A stretch of 42,463 nt of DNA from Basidiobolus meristosporus CBS 931.73 (taxonomy: Eukaryota > Fungi > Basidiobolomycota). Location: contig MCFE01000716.1 of the NCBI GenBank assembly GCA_002104905.1, forward strand, positions 1 to 42,463, read 5' to 3'. This document shows positions 34,839 to 42,463 of the stretch, in pieces (position 1 is the first letter of the stretch; each line of letters begins with the position of its first letter). Under the pieces are notes generated by a model. The model was not told the origin of the DNA. It was given only the letters and a program-made list of their open reading frames with translations, and did no database searches. The position numbers and the translations under genes are program-made.

Positions 34839-35977
34839 TGTTGTAAGAGTCTTGGAGATATTGGAAGTGATTAGGAGAGCAAGTTGATTATGCAGTTTTC
34901 ACTTAATTATTTATAGAATGTAAAAGTAGTATTTATACTTTTACATGGTCTTGGCATAAGAAACATGTAAAATATGCTTACAAAGGTCCCAAGAACAGGT
35001 GTGCAATGTTGAGGCTGTTTGGGCAACTTTTAGAGTTTTCTTGCTCTGGACACCTGATTTTATGGTGAGAATGGTCCAAGTCAATCCTAACAGGAAATTT
35101 GCACAGTATACTCTAAGATTTGTAGGTAGTGATCCAAGTGACCAAGTTAGACAGATATTTAGGTGGAATTACAAATTTTTACAATACTCCTGCTCAACTA
35201 AATGTTCATACTGACTAGTCCTATTTGAGACCTGAGATATTCATGTATGTCTCTAGCTAATGGTTTGGTAAATATTTCTGCAAACATTGCATCTGTATGG
35301 GAGTAAGTTAAATCAACCTTGATAATCTTGACATAAAGTAATAGGCACTTTTCCACCTCAGCCTCAGTCTTCAAAAACCTTTCTTTACCATATTACATCC
35401 TTTGTAGCTTCACAGGTTGACATATACACAGCCTATGAGGTAGAGAGTGCTACAGTTGGTTACTTGGTAGAGGTCCATGAAACTGCTCCTTTGCAGTAAA
35501 GCAAGGTATAACCTGTTGTGGAACTTCTGTCTTCTACATTTTGTCTGCAATTGGCATCAGAGTATCCCACAAGATCCTGTGCTAAGTTGTTATAGGTGTA
35601 TCTTAAGCAAATATCAGCAGTTCCTTTCTGATAACTAAAAATCCTCACAATTGCTGCAATATGATCAGGTCCATAGTTCTGATTATGCTGGCTGATAACT
35701 AACACTGAATACAAGACATCTAGACATGTTTCAAGAGTGGTGCATAGTGGACTTCCAATCATTTATTGATAAGGAAAGTCAGGGCTTCAGGTGGCACCAA
35801 GTTCTCTTGATTTGGTTGAGTTTAGATCAAGTCAACATTTGTCTCCATTGGGGTAGCTGCCAGTTTACTGTCTTCCATTTACTATTTTCTAAGTATCTCT
35901 CAAATATACTTTGATTGCCGCAGGGTAGGAGTCTGGGTGCCTCAGTCTATGGACAACTTTATTCCAAAGTAGTAACC
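34839..35977 (-). mobile_element. 5'-truncated Copia copy: 3' LTR (34839-35186), PPT, decayed RNase H/RT
   Basis: LTR preceded on the minus strand by the PPT AGTTGAGCAGGAG. ORF 35460-35762 is paralogous to 41497-42189 (SQHNQNYG.DHIAA, DLVGYSDA, STTGY). Homology ends near 35977. Confidence 0.85.
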
Positions 35978-36440
35978 CATTGAAAAATAATCTAGTCCTG
36001 TGGGTGGATCCAATCAGGATCAGCCATTAGGATCCCACACTGAGGCCATGAAAATACTGGCAGCTTGGAATCAATGATCCCTACACAATCTTATGATGGG
36101 ATTATGATGGCATTTTGTTGAATCTACTACCAAATAAAGTTAAGAACTTGACAGTGTCAAGCGGTCTTTTGACAAGAATGGCATGGCATTCTGATATTCT
36201 CAATGTACTCTTCATTTATTTGAGCGGACCTAACTGGCCAATACATTCAACTTCCCTATATAGCAAGAAATGTGATGGCATTCTGATGGCCTCAATGTAA
36301 ACCTCCACTAGCTTTACAATGCTATACAGTGGCCTACAGCTAGTTCTGTCTTTATGAGAAATAGTTACAATGATCCCATCAAAAGGCCATCACAAAGCTA
36401 AAGTCCCGTGACTAAAAAGGATTGATCCTGTCAGGACACT

Positions 36441-39400
36441 GTGCAAAGACCAGGAAAAATCATCCTTGCAGCTAAGGATCTCTCAGCCCCAAGAATTGGC
36501 ATTACCAACCCAATCAACATACATTGTGGCTCAGTAACCATAATCCATCAGATGGAAGTTATTGACATACCAGATGGACCTCAGGTAGTCATTGGTCTGG
36601 ACACCTTCACCAAACTTGGCTTTCACATAGGCGGACTACTAGTTTCCTATCCAGGAATCACTAAATCTCAGCCGCTCATAATGGATCAAATCCCAGAGAT
36701 TATCTCATCCCAACCGGAAGAAGAAGAGTTAACCCCAACTTTTCAAGAATATTCTCAATCAGTCAAATTGGATATTCAGCTGGCCATAGAGAGAAATCAG
36801 ACCATTCCAAGGAACAGCTTCTGCACCATCCCAGAATCCATTGTTACACTAGAGACCCCACCTGGTGAGTCAACATGGAGGAGGCAATACCCAATTCCGC
36901 ATTCATGTCAACACTTAGTTGATGAGATAGTCCAAAAATGGGCTGACAATGGAATTATCACTCAAGCCCCTGTAAACACAACATTCAACAGCCCTTTGAC
37001 GCTTGCACCAAAGAAAGATGCTGATGGAAATCTAACCCTGAAGAGACCCTGTTTGGACCCCAGACCTCTAAACAAGCTTCTCCAAGATGACAAGTTTCCA
37101 ATTCCAAGAGTCCAAGATATCTTTTCCGCACTATCAGGGGCAAAAGTATTCTCCAAGTTGGACTTGAAGGATGCATATCACCAATTCCAGATCCATCCTG
37201 ATCATCAACATAAGACTGCCTTTACTTGGAATAATATGCAATGGATGTTTCAGGGAGCTCCCTTTGGCCTAAAGACACTTACCAGCAAGTTTCAGAGAGT
37301 CATGACTATAATACTCAAGAATGCACCATACGCATTGGTATTTGTTGATGATGTCATCATATTTTCCACTAACTGTAATGATCATGCAACCCATGTCACT
37401 GATGTAATCAACAGACTGACAACTGCTGGACTGATTCTCAATGCTGAAAAGTGCAGTTTTGCCCGCCTCAAAATCAATCTGCTTGGATTTATAGTCACAC
37501 CCGCTGGCCACCAATTAGATCCTTTCAAACTGGTCAATATCCTAGAATGGCCAAAACCCACTAGCGCCAAGCAACTTCAACATTATCTTGGAGTATTCAA
37601 CTATTTCAGGGAACACATACCACTCATGTCCTCATTAAGTGCCCCTTTAGATGCATTACGCCATAGCCCTGATCTCACCTCAGCCTGGAACAAGACTCAT
37701 GACCAAGCCTTTGAGTCACTCTGCCAACTGCTTCCACAAGCACCCACCTTATCCTACCCAGACTTTACTAAGCCCTTTGTTGTTGCTACGGATGCATCTA
37801 ATGTTGGGTTAGGGGCAGTCCTCTATCAAGATGAAGACCAAAACCCGCCTCACTGGATCTCTTTCCAAGCCAGGTCCCTACAACCTGCTGAGAGAAACTA
37901 CTCTGCTACCAAGAAGGAGCTACTTGCCATAGTCTTTGCCTTGAAGAAGTTTCATCAGTATCTATGGGGTAATACTTTTACCTTGTACACTGACCACCAA
38001 GCCCTTGTCTATATCCACACTCAGAAGACTCTGACTCCAATGCCTACCAACTGGCTTGATACTCTACTTGATTATGAATATACAGTTATGCATTGCCCAG
38101 GAATTCTCAACATCCTTCCTGACCACCTCTCAAGACTTTTTCCAACTTCACCTTGGGAGGGACATGTGATTACTGATATAATCAGTAAACTCTCTACAAC
38201 TTCCAAAATAATTCCTCAACTGGATTCAGCAACTTGGAAAATCCCACCTGAAGAACAAAGGAAAACATTGATACAGAGGAGTCATTTACTTGGCCACTTT
38301 GGAGCTGACACACTTATGAAGAAGCTACACTCTGATGGATATCACTGGCCAAATATCAAAGTTGACTGCTTAGAATTTGTCAAGTCATGCAGAGAATGTT
38401 GACTCTACAATATCAGCCGCCATGGATTTCACCCATTGAGCCCCATCCATGCAAGCCTTCCTATGGATCATATTGCAATTGATCTAGCTGGACCTTTCAC
38501 CACTAGTGATGATGGTAATCACTACCTCTTTGTAATTGTGGATGTCTGCACACGTTTTGTCTTCCTCAAAGCTATCTCAGACAAGTATGCTGCCACTATT
38601 GCACAAGAACTATTCAAGCTCTTCTGCCTTTTTGGATTCCCTAAGGTCATTCAATTGGATAATGGAACAGAATTTGTGAATCACGTGATCAAAGCCCTTT
38701 GCCAGAATAGCACCATTGATCACCGTCTGATCACTCCATATCATCCCAAAGCTAATGCACTGGCTGAAAGACATGTTCAGACCTCAGTGAACATCATCAG
38801 GAAATCTATCAAAGGTATCAAGAAGAATTGGGACAAGTACATTCCAACTGTACAGTATGCTATCAACACCAAAATTGCCGCTCTACATGGATCAACACCA
38901 TTTTGCTTGATGTTTGGAAGAAGATACAACCACTTTGGAGACTACCAGAATACAGAGTTAGCAAGTTTGAATACAGATAAGCTAAAGAACCGGCTTGAGC
39001 ACCTTACCAACATTGTCTACCCTGCTATCAGTGCCAGAAGTAAGGCCTCTCAGCAAAAGATGACTTCAACGTTTGCCTCAAGACACAGGAACAGCAGCTT
39101 CCCAGATGGGTCATATGTCATGACACTAGATCCAATCCGGCAATCTAAGCTTGACCCCAAGTATGAAGGACCATTCAAGGTTGTCAGACACACTACTGGA
39201 GGATCTTACGTACTTCAGGATAACACTGGAGCACTGCTACCCAAAAACTTTCCACCTTCTTCACTCAAATTCATTTCTCAAGACCCAGTAACTTCGGAAT
39301 CCTATGAAGTTGAAGCTATTTTGGACCATGATGGAGAAGAACCAAATTGCCTTTATTTAGTCAAGTGGAAAGGCTATGATGCCAAACACAACACCTGGGA

Positions 39401-39500
39401 ACCTTACACCAACTTTGATGATGTTGCCATTATTGATCAGTATTGGAGCCGCAGAGGAACCCAGAAGGTATCAAAAAACTCCTCTTCCGGAAGGAAGTGA
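36441..39500 (+). mobile_element. Ty3/Gypsy chromovirus pol (protease C-terminus, RT, RNase H, integrase, chromodomain) with one in-frame TGA at 38400-38402
   Basis: RT (LDLKDAYHQ, QGAPFGLK, VFVDDVII), RNase H (TDASNVGLGAVL, NYSATKKELLA), integrase zinc finger (HLLGHFG..CREC) and core (IDLAGPF, DNGTEF, ERHVQ), and chromodomain YEVEAILDH..YLVKWKGY..NTWEP. The two track ORFs are in the same frame. Confidence 0.95.
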
Positions 39501-40196
39501 TGTTGTGCATCAACATTTAAAACTTAGCCAATTTTACTCCATTTGAAAATCTAGTACCCTAACTGATTTTCCCTAACCCAAACATAACAAATCCCAGTTA
39601 CAGTTTATTTTATCCCACCTCAGAATCTATTTTTAGCTATCACACCTGATCTATTTTCAAATGGTCATTACATTATCAGTCTATGTGCCAAGCCTTCCCA
39701 GGTGATTAGTCATCTGAGATCTATCCAACCACTGTGCAGTTGCCAAGACATCAGTTGATTGATGATGTAATTTTCATTTATCTTATGCACCTATGAACAC
39801 CCAAATTGATTTCAATCAATCCAGTCCCTTGGCGCTTACTAATTCAACCTGATCAGAAAAGTATAAATAAAGTTTACTGAACCTTTTGGTTTAGTGTGTG
39901 TCTCAACAAAATTAAGATTCTGTCTCAGCAAAAATAAGAATCCAACAATTCCGTTCTAGTTTCTATCCAAGCCTAGTACATCTAGCACTCCAAAGAACAC
40001 CAAGCCTAGCCTGCCTAGCAAACAAATATCATTGTCTTTACAGCCAACCCAGCTATATCCAAGACCAATATTAGATCAGAATCTTTCTGCTAATATTTCC
40101 GCCACTCTCTGACAATTCTAAGATTCTGCACTTAATTGTCCCTTTGGTTCAGTTAAGCCATTCAAGAGTTTATCACACTTTCTCTTGGATACAACA
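39501..40196 (+). mobile_element. Gypsy 3' LTR (~696 bp)
   Basis: Begins TGTTGT immediately after the PPT GGAAGGAAGTGA and ends ACAACA. Internal TATAAATAAA near 39862. Copia coding sequence resumes right after it. Confidence 0.8.
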
Positions 40197-42189
40197 CAGA
40201 ACATTTAAGAATATTTGGGTGTACAGCATATGCCAAAAAACTGGCCGGAAATCAGTCAAAATTTGAGCAAAAAAGTGTAAAATGCATATTTTTGGGCTAC
40301 TGCAATGAGAGTAAGCCATAAAGACTCTACAATACCAAAGCAAAGATGCTTATCAAGTCCAGGCATGTGTTGTTTGATGAAAACTCAAAATTTTCACAAA
40401 AAATGACATCAGATGATGACAAAAATTTGATCTCAAGTCCACCAATTGTCAGGATTGAATCAGAGCAAAACAATGAAAATTTTCTCACTCCAGAGGACTC
40501 TACAACTGTGGTTCAGCCAGAATCAGTGCCCAGGATTATTCCAGAAGTGATCATCCCAGTATCAAATGCCTGGAGATCAAATCGGAGAAGAAATAGCCTA
40601 AATTACTATATTAATGAGGGTACAAACTTAGCCTATGCCTATTCAGTCCATATTGATGAACCCTAGACTGTAAAAGAGGCCCTAAATAGCCCTCAGACAA
40701 AGTTTTGGAGATATGCAATGACTGAGGAATATCAGGCACTGATGGAAAATCAAACTTGGGACTTAATCAAATTACCAATCAACCAAAAATCAATTGGATG
40801 CAGATGGGTCTTCAAGACAAAATACAAGGCTGATGGTACAATTGAAAGATACAAAGCAAGACTTGTAGCCAAAGGATACTCTCAAACAAAAGGACTTGAC
40901 TATACTGAGACCTTTGCACTGTTAGCCAAGTTTAATTCCATCAGATTAATATTGGCTATTGCAGCCAAATATAAGTTTTTTATTCATCAAATGGATGTAA
41001 AAACTGCATTTTTGAATGGAGAACTTGATGAGGACATGTATATGGACCGGCCTGATGGGTTTGTTGACCAAGATAACCCCCATTTGGTCTGCAAGCTTAA
41101 AAAGTCACTATATGGTCTCAAGCAATCACCAAGAGCCTGGAATTGCCAGATAGATTCTTATTTGGAATCTTTGAGTTTCAAAAGGAGTAATGCTGACTAT
41201 AGTATATACTATAAACCAGATAGAGCAAATCCAGTTCTATTAGCTCTATATGTGGATGATCTTATTTTAGCCACCAACAACCTAGAAACATTGGAAGAGA
41301 CTAAATCCAGCCTATCTAAGGACTTCAAGATGTCCAATCTAGGAGAACTTAGTTACTACTTAGGGATTAAGTTCTCCATAGACAGAAGTACCCAGACTAT
41401 TACCCTAAGCCAATCCAAGTATATTCAAGATATACTAAAGAAGTACAAAATGGAAGACTGTAAATTGGCAGCTACCCCAATGGAGACAAGCTTAACTTGG
41501 TCAAAACTCAACCAAATCAAGAGAGCTTGGTGCCATCTGAAAGCCCTGACTTTCCTTATCAATCTATGGCTGGCAGTCTGATATATATCATGCTTGGAAC
41601 ACGTCCAGATATCTCATATTCAGTGGGAGTTGTCAGCCAACATAATCAGAACTATGGATCTGATCATATTGCAGCAGTTAAGCGGATTTTTAGATACCTA
41701 AAAGGAACTGCTGATATCTGCTTAAGATACACTTATAAGGATTCAGAACAGGATCTTGTGGGATACTCTGATGCTGATTGGGGACGAAATTTAGAAGACA
41801 GAAGATCCACCACAGGATACACCTTTCTTTACTGCAAAGGAGCAATTTCATGGAATTCAAGAAAGCAACCAACCGTAGCACTTTCCACCACAGAGGCAGA
41901 GTATATGGCAGCCTGTGAAGCTACAAAAGAAGCAATGTGGTTAAGAAAGCTGTTTACAGATTTAGGCCTATGTCAAAAAACACCTATTACTTTATTTCAA
42001 GATAATCAAGGATGTATACAATTAGGTAGAAATCCAACTTTTCATGCCAGAACCAAGCACATAGATATTAGACATCATTTCATACATGAAGCTATAGAGA
42101 ATAACTTAGTTAGCTTAGTTTACTGTCCTACAGATGAAATGATTGCAGACATATTTACCAAGCCATTAGCTAGAGACAAGTTTGAATAA
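40197..42189 (+). pseudogene. Copia pol remnant (integrase C-terminus, RT, RNase H) with stops and a frameshift
   Basis: EHLRIFGCTAYA, KCIFLGY, EP*TVKEAL, RYKARLVAKG, HQMDVKTAFLNG, LYGLKQSPRAW, LYVDDL, GYSDADW, HARTKHIDIRHHF. Premature stops near 40319 and at 40664; a 1-nt deletion near 41495. Confidence 0.95.
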
Positions 42190-42239
42190 CTGAGGTTAAA
42201 ATTAGGACTAGTCAGTATGAACATTTAGCTGAGTGGGAG

Positions 42240-42463
42240 TGTTGTAAAAATTTGCATTTCCACCTAAATATTCACCTAACTTAGTCACTTAGATCATTAC
42301 CTTCGAATCCTAGAGAATACTGACCAAATTCCTTGTCGGGATTTACTTAGAATATTTTCACCAAAATACCAGGTACCCAGAACATGAAAATTCTCAAAGT
42401 TGTCCAAACAGCCCCAAACTTTGCACACATGTTCTTGGAACCTTCCTTAGCCTATTCTACGTG
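42240..42463 (+). mobile_element. Copia 3' LTR (runs off the window end)
   Basis: PPT GCTGAGTGGGAG followed by TGTTG; alignable to the LTRs at 33527, 34440 and 34839. Confidence 0.85.

Noticed and set aside
1879-41881. Numerous 60-170 aa track ORFs with GTG/TTG starts or lying antisense to real genes
   Set aside because: They overlap better-supported genes or TEs, or use non-ATG starts in a eukaryotic context; they are treated as noise.
33527-42463. LTRs at 33527 and 42240 as the two ends of one recent Copia element
   Set aside because: They are visibly diverged (many mismatches and small indels), while the pol near 42240 is much better preserved than the gag near 33527. Separate insertions are more likely.

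Overview
Eukaryotic, intron-rich genomic DNA, most consistent with an early-diverging fungus (Mucoromycota/Zoopagomycota-like). This is an inference from short GT-AG introns with CTAAC branch points, a fused HIS7, SHE9 and SCS7, alongside an animal-type HPRT and a Nup43-like gene. Positions 1 to ~33,250 are a gene-dense housekeeping block: a secreted Gly/Asn/Tyr repeat protein, a GNAT, oligoribonuclease, SCS7, NUP43-like, RPL39 (missed by the ORF track), SHE9, TRM112, TMEM41/TVP38-like, a 2-Cys peroxiredoxin, HPRT, an HSL-family lipase, an AP-1-like bZIP, HIS7 and several unresolved hypothetical genes. From ~33,250 to the end is an abruptly CpG-depleted nest of LTR retrotransposons. It holds four related Ty1/Copia LTRs in both orientations, two of them inserted 50 bp apart in an older gag, plus an almost intact chromodomain-bearing Ty3/Gypsy pol with its 3' LTR sitting inside a Copia integrase region. 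I see no clear multi-gene novel system. The best leads are the secreted Tyr-anchored Gly/Asn repeat protein, the CpG-specific (non-RIP) erosion of the TE nest, the self-nesting pattern, and a candidate intronic C/D snoRNA in RPL39. Exon boundaries and dinucleotide counts were worked out by hand and are approximate.
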